The position numbers and the translations under genes were made by a program. From assembly GCA_964016885.1 (NCBI GenBank), contig OZ024751.1:48174001-48238000 (forward strand): 64,000 nucleotides of DNA. The letters run 5' to 3'. Of the stretch, positions 25,884-44,742 are shown one piece after another. Each line of letters begins with the position of its first letter. Positions within the stretch are counted from its first letter, which is position 1. Source of the DNA: Eledone cirrhosa. Its lineage: Eukaryota. Under the pieces are notes generated by a model. The model made no database searches. It was given only the letters and a program-made list of their open reading frames with translations, and was not told the origin of the DNA.

Positions 25884-28016
25884 TAACTTTGAATAACTTT
25901 GAAATGTTTTGGCCAGTATTGGCCCAGGCCATGTCTAACTTAATAGCACCACCTGGCGAAGTCTTTCAATTCAGGATTTGGGCACCATGGCCCATTCGAG
26001 AAGAGAATTACTGTTTGCGGACACATATCCGGGTGTGGGTGGTTTGTCCGGGATTACTTGGAGGAATTTGTCCAAAGACTTCTTGAATTTTGTGTGGTCA
26101 GTTTCTGTTTTGACGTGTCCTGGTGTGATGTTGAAGAGAGCAGGGCCGATTGAGGTGAAATAATTGTGCCGTATTGTTGTTATGAGTTGCGATTTAGATT
26201 TTTGAATGGGACGAATAGCACGGGGCCCAAGCCTTGGGTGTATCTTGAAGGCGATGCCAACATCATTTGGGCAGTGATGATGGAACATTTTCCACATCAT
26301 GCAGATAATATAACGCTCACGGCGACGTTGGAGTGAGTAAAGTTTCAGGTTTTCCAATCGACCCCAGTAGTCAAGGTCTGTCATGCCATCTATCTTTTTC
26401 GTGATTGCCCTTTGAGGAGCTTCAAGTTTCATGATACTTTGTTTCGTGTGGGGAGACCACAGTGGACAACAGTATTCAAGGTGTGGTCGGGCGAAAGTAG
26501 AGAAGAGAAGGATAATGGTGCGGGAATCTCTCGACTGGAAGGTTCTGAGGATCCAGGAACACATTCTGCGGGCCATGTCAACTTTGCTGCTTATATGCGT
26601 GGTCCAGCTTATGTTGCTGTCCACGGTTACTCCCAAGTCTCTGATGTTGTTAGATGCCACGAGAGTTTCCCCGGAGGGAAGGGAGTACGGGAGTTTCAGA
26701 GCATCCTCTTTTCCAAAGTGGATCAGTTCGAATTTGTCTTCGTTCAGTAACATGTTGTTCTTTTCTGCCCATTGGGTAACAGCCAGTAGGTCTGACTGAA
26801 GGCTTATCCGGTCATCCACGCCATTGATGACCTTTTGGAGCTTGGAATCATCACCGAAAATTTTAATGTTGCTGTGTTTGATGATGTCAGTGATGTCATT
26901 AATATAGATGATGAAGAGAAGTGGGCCCAACACAGTGCCTTGTGGGACTCCACTACTGACTTTGGCTGGGCTTGATTTGACTCCCTCAACTACAACATGT
27001 TGGGTTCTGTTTGACAGGAAGCTCTTGATCCACTGCAGCAGCTTTCCAGTGACACCAATATTGGACAGCTTTCTCAGTAGAATGTTATGATCAACCCTGT
27101 CAAAGGCCTTGCTGAAATCAAGGTAGATAACATCAGTGTTGGAACCCTCTCCCAAGGCTCTCAAAATGTCATCAAAGTGATGCAGTAGTTGCGTCAGGCA
27201 ATCCCTTCCATTACGGAATCCATGCTGGTTGGAGTTCAGCATATTGTTACTCTCAAGGAAGTGGGTCATTCGCGATCTCACCACTCGCTCAAATACCTTA
27301 ATGATATGAGAGGTGAGTGAGATTGGACGGTAATTCACGGCAAGGGATTTGTTTCCCTTTTTGAAAACTGGGACAACAGACTGGGATAGAAGGTTTTCTG
27401 GCACATATCCAGCATCCAGTGAGTTCCGCCACAGATTGGCAAGAGGAGAAGCAAGTTGGTGTTGACACGCCTTCAAGACACAAGCAGGGAACCTATCGGG
27501 ACCTACTGCTGAATTATGCTTGATTTCCTTTATTGCCGCCAAGACATCAGGGGCGCCAAACGTTATGTCCGATAAGGTGTAATGGGGAGTAACATCGCCG
27601 ATACAGCCCAGATCGGCCATATCAGGATTGCTGAAAACAGAGCAGTATTGTTTCTGCAGTATCTCACCCATGGTTTTAGCATTGTCTTGAAGAGTGCCAT
27701 TTTCATCAATTAGAGGGCCAACAGTAGAGCCAGTGATTTTGTGTTTTTTTGCAAATAAAAAGAACACTTTGGGATTGAGTTTGATCTTCTCAATGGCCCA
27801 GGCCTCTTCAGCTCTTCTCTGATTGTTGATGAGGGACATTATGTTGTTTTGGAGGTTATGTTTTATAATCTCTAGTGATGAAATGGCAGTCAAGTTGATG
27901 TGTTGCTGCTGACAGTATTTCAGCTTGTTGATTTTTTTGTTCGTTCTCTTAATTTTTCTGATGAGCGTTTTTCTATTTCTAGGGATTCTGCTCTTAGATT
28001 TGTTTATAGTTCTTTT
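25884..28016 (-). mobile_element. CR1/L2-type non-LTR retrotransposon, 5'-truncated, uninterrupted RT frame
   Basis: [41 protein letters not shown] and LQRRRERY motifs. The frame stays open ~41 codons upstream of 27893 to the (TA)n junction; 3' end has a doubled TTCAAAGTTA. Confidence 0.93.
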
Positions 28017-28185
28017 ATATATATGTATATGTATGTATATATATGTGTATATATATGTATATATATATGTATATATATATGTATGTATATGTATGTATAT
28101 ATACGTATATGTATATATATATATGTATATATATAAATATATCTGTATATATATATATATATATATATGTGTATATATATATATA

Positions 28186-28220
<35 letters not shown>

Positions 28221-28267
28221 GTGTATATATATATATATATGTGTATATATATATATATATATATGTG

Positions 28268-28307
<40 letters not shown>

Positions 28308-28493
28308 TGTATATGTATATATATATATGTATGTATATGTATATATATATAGATGTATTTATATATATATGTATATATATATATATATGAGTATGTACAC
28401 GTTTCATTTTTTCCGTTTATATATATATGTATATGTATATATATGTATATGTATATATATATATGTATATATATATATATGTATATATATATG

Positions 28494-28528
<35 letters not shown>

Positions 28529-29165
28529 GTATGTATATATATATGTATGTATATATATATATGTATATGTATGTATATGTATATGTATATATATATATAT
28601 ATGTATATGTATATATATTATATATATGTATGTATATGTATATATATATATATGTATGTATATGTATATATATATATATGTATGTATATGTATATATATA
28701 TTTATGTATGTATATGTATATATATATATGTATGTATATGTATATATATATATATGTATGTATATGTATATATATATATATGTATGTATATGTATATATG
28801 TATATGTATGTATATGTATATATGTATATGTATGTATATGTATATATATATATGTATGTATGTATATGTATATATATATATATGTATATGTATGTATATG
28901 TATATGTATATGTATATATATATGTATGTATATATGTATGTATATGTATGTATATGTATGTATGTATATGTATGTATGTATATGTATATATATATGTATG
29001 TATATGTATAATATATATATGTATGTAAATGTATATATATATGTATGTATATATATATGTATATATGTATATATATATGTATATATATATGTATATATAT
29101 ATGTATGTATATGTATATATATGTATATGTATATATTTGTATATGTATATGTATATATATATGTA

Positions 29166-29212
<47 letters not shown>

Positions 29213-29245
29213 ATATATATATGTATGTATATGTATGTATGTATG

Positions 29246-29282
<37 letters not shown>

Positions 29283-29313
29283 ATATATATATATGTATAT
29301 GTATGTATGTATG

Positions 29314-29388
<75 letters not shown>

Positions 29389-29569
29389 ATATATATATAT
29401 ATATGTATGTATATATATATATGTATGTATATATATATATGTATGTATATATATATATGTATATATATATGTATGTATATATATGTATATATGTATGTAT
29501 ATATATATATATATGTATGTATATATATATATATATATATGTATGTATATATATATATATATATGTATG

Positions 29570-29600
<31 letters not shown>

Positions 29601-29709
29601 ATATATATATATATATGTATGTATATATATATGTATGTATATATATATCTATGTATATATATATGTATATATATATATATATGTATGTATATATATATAT
29701 ATATGTATG

Positions 29710-29742
<33 letters not shown>

Positions 29743-29761
29743 ATATATATATATATATATG

Positions 29762-29802
<41 letters not shown>

Positions 29803-30127
29803 GTATGTATATATATATGTATGTATATATATATATATGTATGTATATATATATATGTATGTATATATATATATATATGTATGTATGCATGTATATATAT
29901 ATATATATATGTATGTGTATATATATATATATATATGTATGTATATATATATATATATGTATGTATATATATATGTATGTATATATATATATATATGTAT
30001 GTATATATATATATATATGTATGTATATATATATATATATGTATGTATATATATATATATATGTATGTATATATATATATGTATGTATATATATATGTAT
30101 ATATATATGTGTATGTATATATATATG

Positions 30128-30186
<59 letters not shown>

Positions 30187-30263
30187 ATATATATATATAT
30201 ATTTATGTATGTATATATATATATATATATTTATGTATGTATATATATATATGTATGTATATG

Positions 30264-30294
<31 letters not shown>

Positions 30295-30364
30295 GTATGT
30301 ATATATATATGTATATATATATATGTATGTATATATATATGTATATAAATATATATATATGTAC

Positions 30365-30412
<48 letters not shown>

Positions 30413-30543
30413 ATATATGTATGCATATATATATGTATATATATATATGTATGTATATATATATATATATATGTATGTATATATATATATATATATATGT
30501 ATGTATATATATATATGTATGTATGTATGTATATATATATATG

Positions 30544-30610
<67 letters not shown>

Positions 30611-30629
30611 ATATATATATATATATATG

Positions 30630-30672
<43 letters not shown>

Positions 30673-30691
30673 ATATATATATGTATGTATG

Positions 30692-30761
<70 letters not shown>

Positions 30762-30822
30762 TATGTATGTATATGTATGTATGTATGTATATATATATAT
30801 ATATATGTATGTGTATATGTAT

Positions 30823-30863
<41 letters not shown>

Positions 30864-30886
30864 TATATATGTGTATGTATGTATAT

Positions 30887-30920
<34 letters not shown>

Positions 30921-31023
30921 GTATATATACCTATGTATATATATGTATGTATGTATATATATATATATATATATGTATAAATATATATGTATATATATAT
31001 ATGTATGTATGTATATATATATG

Positions 31024-31056
<33 letters not shown>

Positions 31057-31505
31057 ATATATATATGTATATATGTATATATGTATATGTATATATATAT
31101 ATATGTATGTATGTATATATATATATGTATGTATGTAAATATATGTATGTATGTATATATATATATGTATGTTTATATGTATATATATGTATGTATGTAT
31201 ATATATATATATGTATGTAAATATATGTATGTATGTATATATATATATGTATGTTTATATGTATATATATGTATGTATGTATATATATATATATGTATGT
31301 TTATATGTATATATATATATGTATGTTTATATGTATATATATATATGTATGTTTATATGTATATATATGTATGTTTATATGTATATATATATATATGTAT
31401 GTTTATATGTATATATATATATGTATGTTTATATATATATATATGTATATGTATATATATATGTATATGTATATATATATGTATATGTATATATATATAT
31501 ATGTG

Positions 31506-31540
<35 letters not shown>

Positions 31541-31567
31541 GTATATGTATATATATATATGTATATG

Positions 31568-31598
<31 letters not shown>

Positions 31599-31887
31599 GT
31601 ATATATATATATGTATGTATATGTATATCTATATATATATGTATGTATATGTGTATATATATATGTATGTATATGTATATATATGTATATGTATGTATAT
31701 GTATATGTATATATATGTATATGTATATGTATATATATGTATATATGTATATCTATCTATATATATATATGTATATATATACATATGTATATGTATATAT
31801 ATATATATGTATATATATACATATGTATATATATACATATGTATATCTATATATATATATATATGTATATATATACATATGTATATG

Positions 31888-31919
<32 letters not shown>

Positions 31920-32790
31920 CATATGTATATGTATATATATACATATGTATATGTATATATATACATATGTATATGTATATATATACATATGTATATGTAT
32001 ATATATACATATGTATATGTATATATATACATATGTATATGTATATGTATATATATACATATATATATGTGTGTATATATATGTATATATATAATTATAT
32101 ATATATATAAGTCTATGTGTATATATATATGTGTATATATGTATATATATAAGTATATATGTATATATATATGTGTATATATGTATATCTATGTATATAT
32201 ATATACATATATATGTGTGTATATATATATGTGTGTATATATATGTATGTGTGTATATATAAGTATATATGTATATATATATACACATATATATGTGTGT
32301 ATATATATGTATATATATAACTATATATGTATATATATATATACATATATATATGTGTGTATATATATGTATATATATAAGTATATATGTATATATATAT
32401 ATACATATATATATGTGTGTATATACATGTATATATCTAAGTATATACGTTTATATATTTATACATATATATATGTGTGTATATATACGTATATATATAT
32501 AAGTATATATGTATGTATATATATGTATATATATATACGTATATCTGTATGTATATATATATGTATATATATATACGTATATCTGTAGGTATATATATAT
32601 GTATATATATATACGCATATATGTATATATATATGTATATATATATACGCATATATGCATGTATATATATGTATATATATATAAATATATATGTATGTAT
32701 ATATATATAAGTATATGTGTATATATATATATATGTATATACATATATAAGTATATGTGTATATATATATGTATATATATATATAAATAT
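28017..32790. repeat. Long degenerate (TA)n/(TATG)n tract
   Basis: Directly visible. Confidence 0.95.
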
Positions 32791-33123
32791 CTTCTCATGT
32801 AAATTACTTTTCGAAACCATACTTTCGTATTTTATACTAACTATTTTTAACTCCTTTCCTATTAATCCTTTATTTTTTAATGATTTATTTATTATTATTA
32901 TTTTCTTTATATCTAGTCCTTCCTCCCCAGTTCGTACTCCCACCGAAATTCCCTCCTGGTTCATGTTCCCCCTGTAGCAACTATTCTCAAATATTTCGTG
33001 TATCTAATCAGTGATGGAGAGTTTGTAAATTTTGTAGTTTCGTTTTTGTTTTTTGATATTTAATACTTCTGAAACTGCTTCATTTATTTTCTCCATGTTT
33101 CAACGTTTTTTTTTTCAATTGAA

Positions 33124-33124
<1 letters not shown>

Positions 33125-33154
<30 letters not shown>

Positions 33155-33290
33155 CTTCTTCTTCTTCTTCTTCTTCTTCTTCTTCTTCTTCTTCTTCTTC
33201 TTCTTCTTCTTCTTCTTTTTCCTTTTCTTTTTTTCTTCTTTTTCTTCTTTTTCTTCTTTTCTTCTTTTCTTCTTTTCTTCTTCTTCTTAA
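33125..33290. repeat. (CTT)n microsatellite
   Basis: Directly visible. Confidence 0.95.
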
Positions 33291-33457
33291 CGACTACCTT
33301 TTTGTTGTATTTTAATTTCTTCACATTTTAATGCTTTCCCACAAATCACAAACTACAACAACAACGGCAACAACAACAAAACCATCAACAATTATAAAAA
33401 TGACAACAGCAGAAACCACTCCATACACATCTCCCCCCCCTCTCTCTCTCTCTCTTA

Positions 33458-33494
<37 letters not shown>

Positions 33495-33672
33495 TCTTCA
33501 TCATTTTACGTCCGCTTTTCCCTGCTTGCAAGGGTGGGACGGGTCTTATTCAGCACAGCATCTCTCCACTTGCCATTGTCCTATATATATATATATTTTT
33601 TTTTTTATTTTATAGAAGGAGCTTCTGCAGGACTAGTACTGTTTCATTCAGATGAAATCTTCAGGAAGCTCA

Positions 33673-33725
33673 GGGCTTCCTGAAGATTTCATCTGAATGA
33701 AACAGTACTAGTCCTGTAGAAGCTC
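33673..33725 (+). ncRNA. Type I hammerhead ribozyme (family A) in palindrome ~33595-33747
   Basis: GGGCTTC-CTGAAGA-TTTC atct GAAT-GAAA-CAG tactagtc CTG-TA-GAAGCTC; mirror copy at 33619-33671 (-) has GCA at the cleavage triplet. Confidence 0.75.
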
Positions 33726-34331
33726 CTTCTATAAAATAAAAAAAATTTACTCTGCCATGTATTGAGTACCTTACTTACTGTGGTTATCCCCGACTCAACC
33801 CGGGACCTACGTATATATATATATATATATATATATTACACATATATAGGTGTAGAGGTGAAAGACAATTGTGTCCGTAGGCTGAATGCCGGTTGAGCAC
33901 TCGATGCTCGTGGGGAGCAGAATATTAATAGTATAAGAATATAGGAACAAAGAATCAGTGTTGCATCATAACATATTTAATAACATATTACACATGTTTC
34001 ACTGTCGATCAGCTCGAGGAACGATCTATTATTTATCGAACCTGTCTCTGATCCTCAAATATACTTCAATATGCAAGCTCGTCTCTGATGGTGAATCAAC
34101 ACCTCCCAATTCCTTCTTATATTTACCACATTCCATGATAGAATATATACATATATACATATTCATATATGTATATATATATATGTACATATTATATATA
34201 TATATATATTTATATGTATTTATATATGTACATATATATATAAGTACACATATATATATGTATATATTATCATTTCATCATCATCATCATTTCATTTTAC
34301 GTCCGCTTTTCCCTGCTTGGAAGGGTGGGAC

Positions 34332-34409
<78 letters not shown>

Positions 34410-34517
34410 TATATATATACGTATATATATACATATATATATATATAAACAAGGTTTAGCAAATAATGAAAAAGTTTCAAAATAAATTTTAAAAAATTGA
34501 CTTTACCTACTATAGTT

Positions 34518-34601
34518 ACCTTTACCGATCGGTTTCGAATCCCAAAAATAAAACGGAGACCATACGGCCTTCGTTGCAAAGAAAGATTCTCGTCAGAAGG
34601 T
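34518..34601 (-). ncRNA. Type I hammerhead ribozyme (family B)
   Basis: Reverse complement of 35190-35273. Confidence 0.82.
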
Positions 34602-35189
34602 TCTTTTCATTCAAAGAATATAAAATTCCTGAATTTAAATCACAAACTAGCGCTATCAAAACTGTTCCTGGGATGAGAGTGGATGAAGAAACAGGTTTAT
34701 CAAGGGCCGTAGCAAAGATAGAGGCAAAAGGAGGTAGGTCAAACTAGCCACAGCTATTGCTAGCAGCAGTCAGAACGACCAATTTTGTTCTCAACGTTAG
34801 TGGAGGTAGTAGTAATTTTTAAAAATTTATTTTGAAACTTTTTCATTATTTGCTAAACCTTGTTTATATTTGTTGTGGTTAATTTATTAACCCGCCATTG
34901 AACCACACTGGCATTTGGTTGGACAATACATGCGTACCTTGGCGCCTTGTGCGTGAAGGAACGTATATCCTATTACTACTACCTCCACTAACGTTGAGAA
35001 CAAAATTGGTCGTTCTGACTGCTGCTAGCAATAGCTGTGGCTAGTTTGACCTACCTCCTTCTGCCTCTATCTTTGCTTCGGCCCTTGATAAACCTGTTTC
35101 TACATCATCCACTCTCATCCCAGGAACAGTTTTGATAGCGCTAGTTTGTGATTTAAATTCAGGAATTTTATATTCTTTGAATGAAAAGA

Positions 35190-35273
35190 ACCTTCTGACG
35201 AGAATCTTTCTTTGCAACGAAGGCCGTATGGTCTCCGTTTTATTTTTGGGATTCGAAACCGATCGGTAAAGGT
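35190..35273 (+). ncRNA. Type I hammerhead ribozyme (family B)
   Basis: ACCTT-CTGACGA-GAATC..(~40-nt loop)..GATTC-GAAA-CCGATCGG-TA-AAGGT; canonical core, palindromic stem III, GUA site ending at 35268. Confidence 0.85.
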
Positions 35274-35453
35274 AACTATAGTAGGTAAAGTCAATTTTTT
35301 AAAATTTATTTTGAAACTTTTTCATTATTTGCTAAACCTTGTTTATATTTGTTCTGGCTCGTTAATTTATTAACCTGCCATTGAACCACACTGGCATTTG
35401 GTTGGACAATACATGCGTACCTTGGCGCCTTGTGCGTGAAGGAACGTATATCC

Positions 35454-35513
<60 letters not shown>

Positions 35514-35542
35514 GTATATATATATATATATATATATATACG

Positions 35543-35582
<40 letters not shown>

Positions 35583-35584
35583 CG

Positions 35585-35661
<77 letters not shown>

Positions 35662-35662
35662 G

Positions 35663-35713
<51 letters not shown>

Positions 35714-35959
35714 GTATATATATACATATATATATATATTATATATATAAACATATATATATACGTATATATATATACATATACATACATATATATATAT
35801 ATATATATTTATATATGTATACGGAAAAAATGAAACGAAATTTCATTTCTCACTCTTAGTACGGCTTAAATATAAGTATATATATATAATATATATATAT
35901 ATACACACATATATATATAATATATATATACACACACACATATATATATATATATATAA

Positions 35960-36660
35960 TATACTATAAAGTAAAGCAAGTCCATAGAATTATTTGATAA
36001 TATATATACATCATTTCAACTCCCAATTAGCATAATTAAACACACAAAAAATCAATTAGACCAGCCTATAATATTAAAAGGTACCTATGAAGAAACAGTA
36101 AATAAATATACCATAGTTCTAAGCCATTTTGATTTCGTGTTTGGCGGGGGCCACTGCGGAAAAAAATCTGTCCTAGCGAGTTTGTCCCCTGACGAGTTCG
36201 ATACTCGAGGTTTATCCTTAATAGGATATCTCAAAATACGAACGAAACCATGGTAGAGATTTAGTGATTTAATCCTGGTATGTATATAACCATTTCTAAC
36301 TTTAATTTTATACCTAATTGTGTATGGTTGACCGTATATTTAATTAATTTCCACGTGCCGTTGAAATGTTGTATAGAGATTTTATATCGGTTGGCCGCGA
36401 AGACGCTGCTATGGTATATTTATTTACTGTTTCTTCATAGGTACCTTTTAATCTTATAGCCTGGTCTAATTGATTTTTTGTGTGGTTAATTATGTTAATT
36501 GGGAATTGAAATAATGTATATATATTATCAAATAATTCTATGGTCTTGCTTTACTTTATAGTATTTTGCTCTGATTAATTAATTTTTTAATTCTTCATTG
36601 AGCCACATCGTGAATGGTTGCCAAAACACATATATCTGTGACTTTGTTTAATTGGTGTAT
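35960..36660. mobile_element. Family H fold-back element, ~155-bp inverted arms (35960-36116 and 36409-36565)
   Basis: Arms are near-exact reverse complements; (TA)n flanks; hammerhead in the spacer. Confidence 0.8.
36184..36260 (+). ncRNA. Type I hammerhead ribozyme (family H)
   Basis: GTCCC-CTGACGA-GTTCG..CGAAC-GAAA-CCATGG-TA-GAGAT; stem III palindrome ACCATGGT; one stem I mismatch. Confidence 0.75.
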
Positions 36661-36694
36661 GTGTAAATATTTATATATATAATATATATATAAA

Positions 36695-41630
<4,936 letters not shown>

Positions 41631-41947
41631 TTTGTACCCCTTCTTCCTCCCGTTAGACCTGTGCGGAATTCCTTCCTTGCTCACATTTCAACCAGGTTTG
41701 ATGGTCTTTATTCTCTCGTTCACGATTCCACCGAATTTATATTCATAGAAATCTGGGACTTGTTTCCTTCTTCCTCTCTTTCTGCTGCTTAAACCATTTT
41801 GTTTGTTTACCCTAGCGTCACCTTTATTTACGTGTCCCAACGACTTTTTTTTTAGCCGTTGCTCGCACCAACCTGAGGTATATGGCCTTTAATGCGACGA
41901 AATGCCTACGACGGTTGGATGGCCACTGATGTGGACAAACCTTTTCA
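41631..41947. repeat. Unclassified (TA)n-terminated interspersed repeat (homolog at ~60680-60835)
   Basis: Shared cctttatttacgtgtcccaacgacttt..ttagccgttgctcgcaccaacc.gaggtatatgg. Confidence 0.7.
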
Positions 41948-41995
41948 TATATATATATATGTATATATATATGTATATATATATATGTATATATA

Positions 41996-42909
41996 CAGGG
42001 TGTTCGGGATAAATTTGACAGTTTCATCAAGAAAAAGAAAAAGTGCTTGGTATCTACAAAATTTATTTGATTTAAAAGAAATTCAATGGACAAGGAAATT
42101 ACACTATTGTCAAAGAGTTTTACTCAAAATAACCGCCATTAGCGTCTATTACAGCCTCAATCCGGGCCCGGAACCTGGAGCAAGCTGATTTTACACTTTC
42201 CCTGGGAAGGCCCTCAAAAACTACTTTAATTCTGTCGATTAACTGGGCTTTTGTAGTACTGGCACGGCGATTGGTGTCTTTCTCTACAGCGCCCCATACA
42301 TAATAGTCCATCGGCTTAAGATCAGGGGAGTTCGGAGGCCAAACATTGGGACTGGTGTAGTCGTAAAAATTGGCTGACAACCATTTTTGACTTTTCCACG
42401 AGGTGTGGCAGGGGGCCGAATCCTGCTGCCATACATACGGCCTATTATTGGCTACCCTTGTTATCCAGGGCTTAACTACAGTGGTTAGCAATTCTACGTA
42501 GGCATCTGAATTCCAATGCCAGGGTCCTCCAACACTTTTTTCTGCAGATTTTCGATGAATTCTGCTGTGCGAGAACAATGAGATCTTCTGTTATGTTTCT
42601 TTCTTCTAGCCACAGCCTCGTAGTCTCCATTGCAATTCTTCAGTTCATGCCGATTGTTTTTACAGTGTTCAGGGAGCATTGAGCAGCGACCATAATCTCC
42701 TTATTTTGATGGCCGGCGCGAATCATCATGATACAAGTTATTCTCTTCCATGATTCAGGTGGCTCCCAGTCATCCATTCTCGTTGTCATCACATATATGA
42801 ATGAAGGAGGGTTTAAAATTTCAAATAAAGCCTAGTGGGCATGAATAAATTTTAAACATCTGAAAAAACAACCAAATATTATTCTGTCAAATTTATCCCG
42901 AATACCCTG
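41996..42909 (-). mobile_element. Tc1/mariner DNA transposon, DD37D (maT) type, internally deleted
   Basis: ~26-bp TIRs CAGGGTGTTCGGGATAAATTTGACAG, TA TSD; WQQDSAPCH...WPPNSPDLKPMDY with 37 aa between the last two Asp; first catalytic D region missing. Confidence 0.9.
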
Positions 42910-42918
42910 TATATCTAT

Positions 42919-43369
42919 CTAAGGCGGGTAAAATTCCCGAGATCCATGGACGAGTTCTCTCCAGCGGTCTCTGTCCCTCATTATCGCTGCCATGTCCTGC
43001 GTCTCCAACAGACCAGTGTCTGTCCTTAGGGCATCAAGATACGTTAACCTTGGTCTTCCTCTTCTAGTGTGTCCATGTAGCGGCTCCCAAAGGAGCACTG
43101 AGTGCAATGTCAACTCTGGATGTCGGTGAGCATGTCCAGCTAACCTCAGTCTCCTCTGTGTCACTTTTGAGCTGACTTTTGGGAAGCCGCTGGAATTGGT
43201 TGAGGACTTCCTGTATTTGGGAGCAAAGATTGGGAATACGGAAGATGATGTGGTTGAGAGCAAGGTCTGGGCGGCGTGCCACAGCTTGTGATCGGTGTGG
43301 AAGTCGGACCTTCGTAGAGACCTGAAAGTCCGCCTCTTCATTGTTGTAGTGGAGTCTGTGCTGCTGTAT
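42919..43369 (-). mobile_element. RTE-type LINE 3' fragment with a 5' inversion
   Basis: Minus strand 42919-43188 reads [23 protein letters not shown]. Plus strand 43190-43369 reads [30 protein letters not shown]. Confidence 0.82.
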
Positions 43370-43420
43370 ATATATATATATGTATATATATATGTATATA
43401 TATATATGTATATATATATG

Positions 43421-43515
<95 letters not shown>

Positions 43516-43659
43516 ATATATATATATATATACATAGGCATATATGTATAGAGTAGGTCGTCTTTCATTAGAAAAAAAATGCCTTTGTTCGTTTCTATCA
43601 TTACAATTTTCTTTCTTTTTTTTTCTCTTTCGAGAGATTAATTAAGTTTCTACAAATGA

Positions 43660-43835
43660 CTTGCAGACACAGACACACTCACACTCACACACACACACTC
43701 ACACTCACACTCACACACTCACACTCACACACACACACACTCAGACACACACACACTCACACTCACACACTCACATACACACTCACACTCACACTCACAC
43801 ACACACACTCAGACACAGACACACTCACACACACA

Positions 43836-43915
<80 letters not shown>

Positions 43916-44711
43916 CTCACTCACTCACTCACTCACTCACTCACTCACTCACTCACTCACTCACTCACTCACTCACTCACTCACACACACACACACACAC
44001 ACACAAACACGCATACACACACACTAACTCACACACACACAAACACGCATACACACACACTAACACACACTCACACACACACATAGATATGCATACACAG
44101 AAACACTCACACACACACACACATAGATATACATACATTTACATATACAAAACCTACACAAACATGCAGACACATGATCTATGTCACTAGCTGCCATCAT
44201 CATCACCACCATCATCACCATTATCATCATCACCGCAACCATCAACATATCCATCCCCACCCCCACCGCAATCATCATCATCATCATCTTCATCACTGCC
44301 ACCACTGTGAGTAAATAAGTGTGTGTTTGTGTGTATGTGTGTGTGTGTGTGCATGTGTGTGAGTATATATGTATCTATATATGTGTGTGTCTATGTGTGT
44401 GTATGTGTGTGTGTGTATGTTTGCCTCTGTGTATTCCAGCCAGTGTGTGTGTATGTCTAAGTGTGCGTGTGCCTGTGTATATGTATGTGCTTATATGTAT
44501 GTGTATGTGTGTGCGTGCCTGTGAATGTGTGTATATGTATATGTGTCTATGTATATGTATGTGTGAGCTTGTGAATGTGTGTATATGCATATGTGTATAT
44601 GTATATGTGTGTATGTATATGTATATGTATGTGCCAGTGTATATGAAAGTGTGTATATGTATGTGTGTGCCTATGTATATGTATATGTATGTGTGTGCCT
44701 GTGTATATGTT

Positions 44712-44742
<31 letters not shown>

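Larger units (their letters stand above)
34447..35458. mobile_element. Family B hammerhead element: inverted partial copy (34447-34812) plus ~1.3 tandem monomers (34813-35458), flanked by (TA)n
   Basis: Direct repeat offset of ~480 nt (34832 vs 35311; 34895 vs 35378); no ORF. Confidence 0.85.

Noticed and set aside
22491-32588. Very long ORFs (400-875 aa) of Y/I/M/C/V
   Set aside because: Translations of (TA)n/(TATG)n microsatellite that lacks stop codons. The same applies to 14758-16709, 37331-41792 and 44319-46604.
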